From Ramazzottius varieornatus (Eukaryota; Animalia; Tardigrada), in contig BDGG01000003.1 of the NCBI GenBank assembly GCA_001949185.1, positions 712,115 to 776,114 on the forward strand: a stretch of 64,000 bases of DNA, given 5' to 3'. The stretch's first letter is position 1, and each line of letters begins with the position of its first letter. Shown in pieces: positions 52,258 through 64,000 of the stretch. Below the pieces are notes generated by a model that saw only the letters and a program-made list of their open reading frames with translations, was not told where the DNA came from and did not search any database. A program made the translations under genes and the position numbers.

Positions 52258-52555
52258 GCCAATGATGCAAATAACCGAACAAGCCCAGAGGCTCAAGAAA
52301 GGAGAATGTAATGTCGGAAAAATTCCCAACATGTATTTCAGGATTCCTGAACACATTTCAAGATCCCTGAAGTGCTTTTTTTAGGGTCACCGAAAAGCAT
52401 TTTAGGATTCCTGAACTATCCCGGAAATCCCGGAATGTGTTTTAGGAATTCTAAAACACATGTTAGGAATCCTGAAATATATGTTGAGAATTTTTCCGAC
52501 ATTACATCCTCCTTTTTTGAGCCTCTTGGCCTGCTCGTTCACTTGGATCATTGGC
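52258..52555. mobile_element. Palindromic MITE
   Basis: GCCAATGAT..GAGGCTCAAGAAAGGAGAATGTAATGTCGGAAAAATTC is mirrored at 52487-52555. Internal AGGATTCCTGAA repeats. Confidence 0.85.
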
Positions 52556-54199
52556 CACCCATTCTCTACAACACCGTTGCTCGATCCCACGAATGGGAAC
52601 CCGGATGTTGTTGATGAAGACGCAAAAGCTTTGAGGTCAGATAACGAAGAGGTTCAGCCCATTTACTGTCATTTCTACGAAAACCCTACTGTGCTTGGCG
52701 AACTGCGTTTGGGAGCTTGACTACGCGTGTCCGTGAGTTCGTGACAGAACAAGGAGCCCCCAATGATCGTACCATCGTGACTACATCAAACTACCACGCA
52801 AAATGCGATAACTGATGGTACCCATTCTCACCATTCGCTCCACCTACTGCATATATTCGCTGCACCGGAACAGTACGTTCACGTACGTATGCCTGACTAT
52901 GCGACCCAGCAGGGAGCTGCGCAAGCAGTGGATTCGGACCAGGGCTGTACTTCTCATGTGTGATGAGGTACTGCGCGCATGCACCGAACACTTACAGTAT
53001 CAGTTTGAGGTCTCATGTAAGTCGAAAATGATTTTACTTACACGAGTAAGATGCTCAGAGACGTTCCGGAAAAGGCTGCTCCAAGAATCCCGCAGCACCG
53101 AATAATACGTTCACTGTGCACTGCGGGTCGCAAAGTAAGTTCACAAGTTTAACAGTTTCGACGATCACAGAAACAACATACCGACGACCTATGATATCAT
53201 TGGCATCAGGTTTGACGTCATTTATACGGACGACCTAAGACCACTGAAACCGGCCTTCCAGCATACAGGGTGCTGGTGATGAGAATTGTGAGCGATCGAC
53301 AATCTCGCGCTGGAGTGTTCAGCGATTCGCTTTTACCCAGTCAACTCTGGAGCAGTATCTTCCACCGTGAAAACTTCTTGGTGTCAGTGGTACCGGTACG
53401 TGTGGCGCCTGGGACCGTAAAGGGGGATCCTGGTGGACCAGGTTGACCATAGAGTATTAATACATTTCACGTCACCATTCACCATTCGCAACGCTACCGC
53501 GCGGATTGCTTGGAAAAGGGCCCTGTGGCGCGAATACTTGTGGGGTGGGAGTGTTACTGTACTTATGGTTCGATTTTGTGCATGTGAATTGAACGCATGA
53601 CGAGAGCCAAAAGCCGAAAAGTAGCATACAGTGTACGACAAAATTAACCGTTAAAAATGGGCGTAACACTCCAGCTGAGCGTACTCACGACTCAGCCAAT
53701 GAGAATTAGGTTTCGCTGCATGCGCAAATTTCATAACCATCTGGCTCCATACACCCATTTTTAACGGTTTATTTTGTCGTACACTGTACGCACTTGAGAC
53801 CATAGTTGCATGTATTCTGATGAGGTGCATGTTCTGTTTTCGAGACGTGGTGCAAAGTGCTTTCCGCTGGATGTCGTTCAAAAAATTGTTATTCTGTCAG
53901 TTTGTGCGAAACAAAAGAAGCCGAAAGTGTCGAACCCAGATTACTTCGTCTACTTTTGGGACGTGAAGTCCGGGAGGTCGGGATTGCTTCCTTATACTAA
54001 CAGCAGGGAACTCCAGGCGCTACTAACATGGAGTACCACTTTTAGACCCTTTTGCTTCTCTCTTCTGGCCATCTCTTCACCGGATGGGTTGTGCCTGGAA
54101 GACAACTGAGATAAACAACAAGAGATTCCCTCTTGAGGTGAACGGCTGTTCCTGGCAAACCTGGCAGTAATCGCCAGCATAATTCCGCCACTTTTTCAG

Positions 54200-54740
54200 C
54201 TACACATTGTCCATCGAAAAAGGAGCGTAAACGACGTTAAAGCGCTAGGTGACGCCACGGGTCTGACCGTCGTGGGAATCCTGCTCGAACTCACCAGTGA
54301 TCCCGATAAAGTGCTGAAGCAATTAAACTCTGTCGCGGAGACACTTTCGAAAGTCGTCGACCCAAATCAGACAATCTGTCTTTCTGCGACAAATGTACAG
54401 AACACTTGCCGAAACCAGTTCAAAACTGCGCTGCGTTGCAGATAAACCTGTCAATGTGACACTGGAAGGTCTGACCTTGTCGGGGTTCCTGCCGCCCTCT
54501 ACTGGCTGCTATCGGTACTTTGGTTCGTTAACCACGCCCCCATGCGCGGAAGTCGTCGAATGGTCCGTCATGGCTCAACCTCAAAAGATTACGGAACAAC
54601 AGCTGAACGCTTTTCGTCGCTCACATGAAGGAAGCGTAACTGCACTGGACCTAGGGAGCAACTTCCGGTCATTGCAAGCTCCCTACCGGCGCGTGATCGA
54701 ACATTTTCCCGGAAACACAACTGTACCTTCAGAGCTATGA
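54200..54740 (+). pseudogene. Alpha-carbonic anhydrase partial duplicate (last two exons)
   Basis: LHIVHRK exon 54200-54365 is followed by AT instead of GT. Exon 54442-54740 reads YFGSLTTPPCAEVVEW..NFRSLQ. No upstream HFH exon and no GPI tail were found. Confidence 0.8.
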
Positions 54741-55251
54741 GTACGAAGACAATATTTCAAATTGCTGTTTACACTAAATAAGACTGAAATTTCTTCATCA
54801 TAAAAACTGAAAGCTGCTCGACATCGAATCTGGTTGCGCCATGAATATCTGGCCGAGACTATAGCTATGGGTCAGTCCACATTTCACAGTAGTATCTTTT
54901 TCTCGTTGTTCAAAACTGGTTTAAATCTGGTTCGGCATGAGCCAGTCTCAGCGACCCACGACGAGGCAAGCCTGTAATGAATCCACAATGAATTATGACA
55001 AGGCAAGCCTATAATGTGTCATATTAATATTATCAAGAGCCGCATACCTTCGTCTGCCCACTCGCTCTGCCGTCTGCTCGTTACGTCAACCAGCCTCACC
55101 TGGCCGCACAGGTCTAACCCGTGGGTGCAGTCCCTACAGTCTGCGCGTGATCCGCGGAGAAACCTTGATTCACGTCTCGCAAGATTGCCTAACATGTACA
55201 TGATTGTCCTGATTCTGCATACCAACCCTAAGAAAGATTTTTAAATACGTA

Positions 55252-55396
55252 CTGTAAAAAATTCGCTGCGTCCGCGCCATAGCCATCGTACACATGAAGT
55301 ACAGCCCCGGTCCTGCTTTACTGCCTGTTCAACCCCCTACAGGGGTGCATCGTCACATAGGGGTACGTACTGCTCGATAGCAGTGAACTTTTACAG
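55252..55396. mobile_element. Short MITE with TA TSD
   Basis: TA|CTGTAAAAAATTCGCTG .. CAGTGAACTTTTACAG|TA. Confidence 0.65.
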
Positions 55397-56390
55397 TATA
55401 TCCATGGTTTCGGCCAGGAATAGTGCCTTGGCAAACTTCTCCGTGGAACGCCTCGCATGGATGGCTTGCTCATGAGTTTCAGACGGCAAGTCACATTGCT
55501 TCCTTGCAGTAAATTTATTTGACTGCATTATGTACTGTACCCGGAAGAAGCGCTCTTACGGCATGACGCAAAGAGCTTTCCCACATGACAGCGTCCCGCG
55601 AATTCACGGCAGATCTGCAGGACTTTGGTGTCATGCGGCCTCTGTTCGAAAGACGGAAAGCCTCTGGTCCTGACAGGTCCATGAGAAAAAGTAGCGAAAC
55701 TGAGGCGCCAGATGCTAATCGAAGTGATCGATGCTGCGTGATTGGTCACACCTCCCAACCCGCTCCCACATGACTAAGCGAGGGCCCTGTTTGTTTTTCT
55801 TTTCTAAAGTTTCGGAAAAAGAAAGGACGGCACGTCGAACGGACGTAGGGTACATGTGAGGGAGGGATTATCCCATTAAGCAAACCCAAAGCCTGGATGA
55901 TACCATCAACCGATACAGGCGATTGTGAATGTGCACTGTAATTTGTAGCGGGTATTGGAACAGTACGAGTACGAGTACTCGAAGCATTCGGACAACCGAA
56001 CAGTGGTCACATAAGCCTACAGTGCGACCGAAATTTTCGGTGGGTGGGACGTAGGTAAATGATTCCGCCCACACAGTATCACTAGTGGCGCACGTTTACA
56101 TTGTTATTGCTTGGGAGTATGCGCCACTTGTTAAACGATCTGGGTGAGTCCTCCGATGTCTCAGATGTAAAAAACGTACCACTGACGTCGGTAGTGGTAC
56201 CTTCCACGTTGAGAGTGATTGGCACCACACAAACACGACTACACCAGTAGTATCCGTATCGACAGTCAAATACGAGGTAGGAAATACCGGGCGGTGTATC
56301 CGGTTTCATGAGTACGAGGCTCGGCCTTGCCGTATGTTCATGTTATCTCGTACTTATGAGTGACTTGCACAAGCTTTCACATCACTAAGT

Positions 56391-56398
56391 TATAAAGC
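56391..56398 (+). promoter_or_regulatory. TATA box of GADD45 copy 1
   Basis: TATAAAG lies ~155 nt upstream of the ATG. Confidence 0.45.
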
Positions 56399-56546
56399 CC
56401 GGTATCATTTCATCAGCTCGTTCAAATGCAATTCCTTGTCCGACTTACGATCCACACTTGTTGAACGTTGCAACGTGTCGATCTACTTGCTATTAATAAT
56501 AAACCCGTTTCCGTATTCTCCTTCGCCTCCATTTCACAGCTGAAAG

Positions 56547-57387
56547 ATGCAACCTCGGATTCATCGACACGAATTGAGCCTGCCTAAGCTGATCATGTCC
56601 AGGAGCGGTCGTTCTTCTCGACCCGAAGAGGACTTGGTCTGCTCTTTGATGAAGAACCTCCACAGCGCCAAAAGCGAATACCGTATTCGTGTTGGATTAC
56701 AAAACTCACTCAAACTCCTCGACGTGTAAGTCTTACCTAACTTTTTGTCACGAAAACCTTCTTATGTAAGTTAGTTATGGCCAGATGAATGTAGCGCCTG
56801 ATTTTGGTTCTTGGCAGAGATCCGAGTTCGGTCTTGATTTGCTTAATGCCTGTTGACACGTCAAACGACAAATCGGATCCGCTGGCCCATTTAGAACGAA
56901 CACTCATCGAAGCTTACTGCAACGAGAACGATGTGCGGATACTGAAAATACCCATGCAAGATGACATGTGGAGCTCGGTCAGGGTCTTCGCCGAACAGAT
57001 GTCCGAAGGGGACTCGGGAATCATGGACGAAGATGACGACACCATCAACGATTCTTCCATCATTCTCGTTCAGGTAACCTGAAATCTTCCCCTGGTTAAT
57101 TTTGACATGGGATGTAGGAAAATGCATTGTATTAGCTCGTCCTATCAAGGTGGCGCACCATCCTTTCATTACCAATACGGACGTGCGCCATCTGAGCCAA
57201 CGATCTGGCACAGTTAATTCCCCAATGTCTCATATATCCGATGTACAACAATCTCCATTTTTTTCTCTAAATTCAACAGGCAACAGCCAATGGTAGCTTG
57301 GATGAGGAAGAGCTCAAGCGAACCTTCGATTTCACCAACGCGCGATCGAAAGTGGAGCGACCCGTGATACGCACCCCCTCCCGCTAA
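56547..57387 (+). CDS. GADD45: GADD45 family protein, copy 1, ~180 aa, 3 exons
   Basis: Exons 56547-56725, 56818-57073 and 57280-57387. RIRVGL..KLLDVDPSSVLICL..TLIEAYCNENDVRILKI matches GADD45 VDPDNVVLCLL..TLIQAFCCENDINILRV. Confidence 0.9.
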
Positions 57388-59578
57388 TCGCCTTGACATG
57401 CCCGTGAAAACTACTTCAACGTCCTTCTTTGAAAGACATCTGGCATGCCGCCACTTGGCTCGCCTGGAGCTCACGGATTGCCCCATCACGGCCATCACGA
57501 CGCACTGCTGAAGGCTTTACTGCAGTGCAAACTCTGCGATCGGTGGAATGAGGAAGTACGGCGTGACACAGCGGAAGACGCGTGGACCTTGCTCCGGCTG
57601 ATGACACTTATCACTCTTGCAGCAAGCAGACTGTGGTGAATGACGAAGCAAAATTCCAAGACTATCGTAAAGATACGGAAAAATTACGGAAACCTCCACA
57701 ATCTCCTACGTTTCAATCGTTACAGAATTGTGAATTAAAGATTTTCATGTCTGATTTGACAAAGAGTATTAGGGGAGAACTCTTTCCTTTCTGGATGTTC
57801 TTGTGTAGATTCGGACGAGTGTTTTGATGTCACCTTTTTCCGAGGTGTTTTCCCATCGGCATGTTTTGTTCCGCGTGGGGACCGTGTTTCCAATAACAGC
57901 GCGCATGTAAAACCACTCAAGAAGCCATTACTCGGTAGTAAAGACATTTGGCATCACGGTGCGGTTTCCTCGAAGACGTCAATGTCGGGCTGTGCGAAAG
58001 CCGGAAGCCGGTTGATTGTGTACAGGCCGATAAAACGTGCAATTGTGAAGGTAATGCAGTCTCGCGAATTGCGTAGTAAGCGGTATTTATCTACTCAACC
58101 GCGCCAAGCGAAAACATGTTGCTCTACGGAGACTTTCGTTTCAAGGCTGAAAGTCGAAACACAGTGGATAATAAAGCAACAATTTTGGAAAACAACAATT
58201 TTTATAATTTGAATATGAATTGCATCAGATAAACGGAAGCCGTACCTACGTTGTTCTCGCGTGCAAGATAGGCCTGTTTACGATTGTGAAATCTTGCCAG
58301 TATGTACGTTCGTTGCCAGCTCGTGACCTTTGGGATAATGTGGCTAACAAATTCGTTTCGCCAGCTTGTCCCGACTGAAAATAGGAAAGGCGTAGTCTCG
58401 CATGGGATTTTACCGCTTGGACAGCCACTGCGTACAGCGGGCTATTTCTAATTGAAATTTTACCAGCACGACGATCTTTGAACGTAATTTGCCCACCCTA
58501 CAAACTTTGGTGACTCAACTCTTTCCATCATCTAGATCGCTGCACTTGTGTTTCGCCAGGCATTCCCTCCGAACCGCTGATATCCATCAGGAAAATATTT
58601 TTCTAGCATGCTGCGATTCTTGTCACAGACACACCCTTTCACTACTCGAATCGACACTTTCCTTCACCGAAACAGAAAACCAACCGATTTCTTGGTTTAA
58701 AGGTGCTCTGGCCACAAAAAAGAACCACGTTCCCTTGCGTTCTGTGCCATTTCGAACAATGTGCCACCAAACGCCTATCTTCCTCCAGACGTCGCTCAGT
58801 GAATTAAAAACTCCATTACTTTTCCTTCCGCTATCTTAAACGATCTCCGTTTTCCTGCGGAAGGGGAGGCGGAAGCGGAGGATAGTGCAAAAATCAGCTC
58901 ACTGACTAATACGCCGGGGAACGTTTTCCGGTAATGCGAGACAACCCGTGATGCACGCGCGGCCCTGAACGATAGCATTATTGAATAGTCATTGAATACC
59001 GCTCGTTTCGCTTGACATACGGATTGAACTGACAGTGGCACCAGCCGTACGAGTGCAAGTACCTCCCACTGCGAAACAAGGTCGCCAGAAGCTCGTTAGC
59101 ACGTCCAACCGATGCCGAGGCCGCGCACACCGCGGAACTCTGTACGGTATATCGATTCTATGTAGAGCCAGCCGCTTGTCTGGTTGCTAGCGTTGCTTAT
59201 CGAGTATTCGAACGCTGTGCTTTTCAAACAAGATTGAGGATATTCTTGGCAGAGGAATTTTCCATCAGCAGCAGTCGTATTTCGGCTGCGATTGTGTATG
59301 TGCACGGAAGTTCCTTCTTCTGTATACAACAAGCTGTTTAGAGTTATTTTGCTGACTGAAGCCATAGTGTTGCCAGTATTAGGTTTATTCTCTTTCTCGA
59401 TCTCAGCGGGTACTGCGTTGAGCGATTCACGACCATTTTTTTCAAGTGGCTTCATATTACAGCATCTGCGTCACCGCCTGCGTACTCCAGTACCAGCAGC
59501 GGATCAACTTTCCGGACGATTGCTCTCAGAAAGTTGTTCCTTTGGGATATTTTCCTTGGTCAATATTTTGTTTATCAA

Positions 59579-60937
59579 ATGGGAGTTATGTGTAAGACGG
59601 TGAATGCGGAAGTGATGATGTTACCGCCGGATCGCCAGGATTCATCCTGCAGCGACGCCGGAATATCGTCTGAGGGAGCGACGCAGTCGAGTGATGAGGA
59701 AAAGACCACAGTCGCTCCTCTTCCCCTTCGAGTACCTCTGGCACCTTCCGCTCGCGCATCCAGCTATGGAACCCTTCCCAGACGTTGCACGTTGGATCTC
59801 AGGGTGTCTCTCAAGTCTGAATGGTGAGTTGAGCAATAAAACAATTTGATCGAATTTTAAGGCGCGTTCGACTAACTTAGCGCTGATGACTCATATGATT
59901 CCGCCAGCTGCTGTTAAAGTGTAGCACTTGGAGATTGCGTGGTTGACGTCAGGTCCATAGCAAACAACATCGGTGCTCTTTATGAAAAATGCAGCTTGCA
60001 TGCGTCGCATGCATGGTATTTACGGAAATTGACGAGGCGGATGCTGTTACGCAACAATAAATATTTCGTCTTACCCAAGAAACTTCAGTCGATAGGTTAG
60101 CAATTAGAAGCTAGATAGTCCTGAACGCACGAATAGATTTTGCTCACGCCCATCTTTGAAAGACGAACCTAGAAGGAATATTATATACGCTGAATTTCTT
60201 GAGTAAATGGACTTGTTAATTCTGGATCGATATCTTCACGTGCCTGCCCGTTATAACGGCTTGTTTTTCGTTACAGGGAAACCAACCTGGAGAAAGCCTT
60301 GAAGCAATCCTTATACAAAGCTCGAAGCCAGTACCGGACACGCGTCGGTTTATGCCAATCGTTACGCGTATTAGAATTGTGAGTGTAATAAAATTAACGA
60401 GACCTTGGATAACGAGCGAACGCAGAGATGTGTTCCGTCAAGTGGTGGGCGATCACCCTCTTTCTAATGGGATGGAGCCTGTAATTTCATGTTTGTTCCA
60501 TTTATTTTCACAGTCAACCAAGATCGGTCGTGATGTGCATCCTTCCTGTTACAAACAGCCACGGGGACTCGCTTTCGCATGTTCAGATGCTTCTAATCCA
60601 AGCTTACTGTACGGAAAACTCAATACGGATTCTACAGGTAAGAAGTACCCCTTGCGCGAGTTGAACCGGTTTGTGTCTTACATTAGGTTTTTTCTTTCAG
60701 GTTCGCTGCCCCGAAAACCTTCTAAATATCGTCAAGCACTCTAATGAGACGGACATCGAAGACGAAGAGGGTGGGTTTGCAGATGAAGATGATGATGATG
60801 AAGGGATCGTCCTGATTGTCCGCGGCGCATCTGACTCTGCACTTATGCCCTGTGATACCGAGCTCCTTGCCGCATACGACGTGGCCGTAGCTGTGTCATC
60901 TGGAACGCCGACCGTGTCATTATCGGCTTGCTGTTGA
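59579..60937 (+). CDS. GADD45: GADD45 family protein, copy 2, N-terminally extended, ~235 aa, 4 exons
   Basis: Exons 59579-59823, 60277-60378, 60514-60637 and 60701-60937 are in frame. LEKALKQSLYKARSQYRTRVGL, PRSVVMCIL, LLIQAYCTENSIRILQV. Confidence 0.88.
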
Positions 60938-62007
60938 GTCTTATTGTGTCCAATTGAAACATCGAGGCACGCTCCAGTGACGTTGAAATCGAACCTGGAA
61001 CCATGATTGGCTTCCGGCTGATGATTGCTCCACAGGAAGCCCGGTGTGCTGTCATCATCCAAGACGGCATTTGCGGAGCTGTCACGCATTGCGGCTCTCA
61101 GCTTACCATCTTGACTCATCAAATGGATCATACCTTGACTTGCGTGGAAGATCAGAACCACTTTTGAGATTTGGTACTCGCCCGAGGGAAATAACAATGA
61201 AATGTGAAAGGAGTTCTCTGTAATTAATTCGACTTATAACCAAAGCTACGATAAGTGAATCTATGTCTCGAATGTACATATAAGTTGGTCATGTGTCAGT
61301 TCGACCAGCCAATCTGAACTGTGATATGACAGACGCTATCCTGATCGTTGCTGAAGAGATATGATTAAAAAGTCTGGTTAGGAATCTGTCTCGACTGGGC
61401 CCGTCACGTCAGTACGGCTCACAGTAGGGCCGACAGTATACCCGGTGTGAGTGCGTGAAGTGCAGGAGCTTTTCAGGTTTGACAGACTTCCTTCAAATTT
61501 GCCAGAGAGCACTTCGGAGACCCACGTTTGCGTTCCCCGGTGGTCGGCCCTACCTGGCGTGAGTCAGCCGAAAATTTAGGAAAAACCGGGTGACAGGTGG
61601 CGCTGCTGTTCGGCGCGTTCGTTCCGCACAACGAGCGCTTCAGTCTTCATCTTTTGCTTCTGGGTTTTGCCGCTTAGAACTTCAGTTTTCACCGAACGCC
61701 TTATCTTAATCAAAGATTAAGTTTCAGAAGTGTGAAAAACGAGTTACACGACATGCCAGAACAACGACATGCTTATAACGGCCAGAAGCGCCGACCTTGT
61801 CCGGACGAGCCTTCGAATAAATAAATTTTTATACAAAGTCTCAATAACTACTGGTTCACTTAGCACCCAGGTTTCCTTTCACAGAGATTCGACGTTCTCT
61901 GGTCCAAGTTTTTGTAAGTGTGAGTTAACAACACCAGTCTCTGAAATCATTTTGCCCTGCTCATGATACTTACCATGTCTCCACCGGGACTCAGTTTGGG
62001 ATGTGGG

Positions 62008-62146
62008 CCATTATACTTATCATGATCCGGTAGATGGACCACGATTTTTAGCATAATCGCCCACTTCCCCAGATCACGGGTAATGGATCATGAGCTGGGA
62101 ATCGAGTGGGGAGACATGGATCATGAAATTAAAAACCATGATCCGA
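62008..62146 (-). repeat. Fragment related to the Harbinger-type element in DDX11 intron 2
   Basis: The reverse complement aligns with ~15623-15761 (TCATGATCCATGTCTCC..CCCGTGATC..GGAAGTGGG..AAGTATAAT). Confidence 0.75.
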
Positions 62147-63202
62147 GCTGTTCGGGATGTGAACCTTTCAACGTACAGTAGCACATGGATTGAAAATGAG
62201 TTGATCGGACGCAAAACAAGGAAGTACCTCGAGCTCTGACATTCTGGACACAACAGAAATATCGAACAATGCACTCTTGCTGTGGATGGAAAATAATTAC
62301 TGCTAGTATTTTTATATCGCTGTCCAGGCGCCAAAACTTGACAAACCTAGAATGCTCAAATTCAATCAAGACTTCAACACGACACGGAACGTTGAACGAG
62401 GGGGATATTCACAAAAGTATGAAATAATCTCAAACTTTGGGGACCCAAGCTCAGCAAAATGAACGTCTACCATCTCCTCTTTCTGAGGAATGATGCCGCC
62501 GTCCAAGGATTGTAGCATAAGACAGTTCGAAAATGACAACGTATTATTATAGCCCCACATTAAGCTTTCAAGCCCATGTGAGAAACTTTTGCAGATATGC
62601 AGAAAAAGCTGTGTTGTCGTGTCAACCAGGAAGTATTGTCGGTTATTTTCGGTTATTTTCGGTGGTGCATATGACGACGCCTTGTCTTCGACATCCTGGC
62701 TGCCAAGTTACGTTCAAATGGTGACACCTTTCATAAAGATAATCAGACTTTGTAGTTTGAGTCATTCGGTCAGTCGAAACGGAAGATATCGAAAGGTAAC
62801 CATGAAGTAGCGCGTTTCATGCGGCAAAATATGCATGTAGGTAAGTCAACGGAACTTTTTCCCCAGAGTTTCAAAAATTTCTTACATGGGATTACTGGAA
62901 AGCTTAACATTGGGGCAACGTAATAGTAACAAGCATGATGTGCTATCTGCTGGCTAGCACCCGCAACTCGGAGTCGAAAACAAGGCAGTTTTAGGTGTTT
63001 GTAGGGAGGATACTGCCAGCTGATTTGCTGATTGATTCATGCGGAAGTCACGTGGTCGTAAAGGTCAAACACTGACCTCCAAAGAGACGTCCAAGATATC
63101 AGAATCGGGTTAGTGCAAGATAAGTTATGAATAAAATGACGCTCCGGGAACAAAAATGGGTGTGGACAGATGATTATGGGGCTCAGTGTATCATATATTA
63201 TG

Positions 63203-63236
63203 TCATATCATATCATATCATATCATATCATATCAT
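63203..63236 (+). repeat. (TCATA)n microsatellite
   Basis: About 6-7 tandem units. Confidence 0.9.
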
Positions 63237-64000
63237 GATGATATATGTCGCATATATGAACATTTACTGAACCCAAAATGCACCGAAAATGCTCTGTAGG
63301 AAACCAGGACTAATCCCAAATGTTTTATGGTCAGTATAATGGATCGGAGGCTCGTCCGAACACTCCCCCCCCCCTCTCTCCCCCTTACACAGCAGTAATA
63401 TGCAGCTTGCGTTATACCACATTTGCCGGCATGGTTAGAAGACGGAAGAAACATGCAAAACCCTCGCTGTGATTCCTCCTGCCGTTTCAACTAAAATTTT
63501 AGCAAGTCTTTTTCTTCGAAAGGTCAGTTGAATGCAGCGTATTCCAGATCTCGAAAACACGAAGAACCCGATTTATTTTGACACGGGAAATAAGTCTGGA
63601 TCACGACCTATTATACTTCGGCGTAGGTCGTGACTTGGATCCATGCTGACATGCATGCTGACATGCAAGTGAGTGATGTGACTGATCGAGGGGCAAGACT
63701 CCAGATCCGCGTACAAATACTTCGAATCGGAAGACCAGAACAACAGGGTGGTAGTTATGGCGTCATCCGTCTTATTTATCGTCGGGCGCTCTTTGTGGTG
63801 CAATCCACGTGGAGCCAGTGAAGTTGTACAGGACGCTGAAGAGCCAACGGTTGCGAGATTCCTTTTACCGCTCTCGATTCCGAAGTGCAACAGCGCCATC
63901 TGGCTGAATCTCATCTGGTTTAGCTTACTGAGCGCCACCTTGTAGGTACTTCCTCCTGTACCAGTAGCCTAAACCGCATTATACCCACTCTCGGTCCCTA

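Noticed and set aside
50529-53105. Several 70-150 aa ORFs
   Set aside because: No family motifs or consistent splice chain. Possibly decayed gene or transposon sequence, but unsupported.
60697-61197. 166-aa minus-strand ORF
   Set aside because: Antisense to the last exon and 3' UTR of GADD45 copy 2.
63573-63945. ORFs at the window end
   Set aside because: No recognisable domain, and they cannot be evaluated without downstream sequence.

Overview
Eukaryotic (animal) genomic DNA, not prokaryotic. It is compact and intron-rich, with mostly 55-100 nt GT-AG introns and balanced GC by eye. That style suggests a small invertebrate genome such as a tardigrade, but this is inference only. By manual splicing I reconstruct intact, in-frame genes for DDX11/ChlR1 helicase, AGFG1 ArfGAP, a GPI-type alpha-carbonic anhydrase, a short-ectodomain receptor tyrosine pseudokinase, PIP4P/TMEM55, GABARAP, UBFD1, microsomal epoxide hydrolase EPHX1, a Ly6/uPAR (quiver-like) GPI protein, two tandem GADD45 paralogs and an orphan secreted basic/Thr-rich/Cys-tailed protein. 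The first 11.5 kb is a mosaic of gene fragments, several retaining introns: PI4KA twice, both halves of a LIPA-type lipase in reversed order, a decayed ionotropic-receptor-like gene and a DDX11 exon piece with a 210-bp identical core. DNA transposons are abundant: pogo/Tigger, Tc4/Tc5-like, hAT, Harbinger-type and many MITEs. The best leads are the orphan secreted-protein pair (one copy cleanly knocked out by a MITE), the pseudokinase receptor whose 1.1-kb intron is almost entirely a fold-back element supplying the splice donor, the N-terminally extended GADD45 duplicate, and the fragment mosaic. I recognised no rRNA, tRNA or CRISPR. All exon models are hand-derived and need RNA-seq confirmation.
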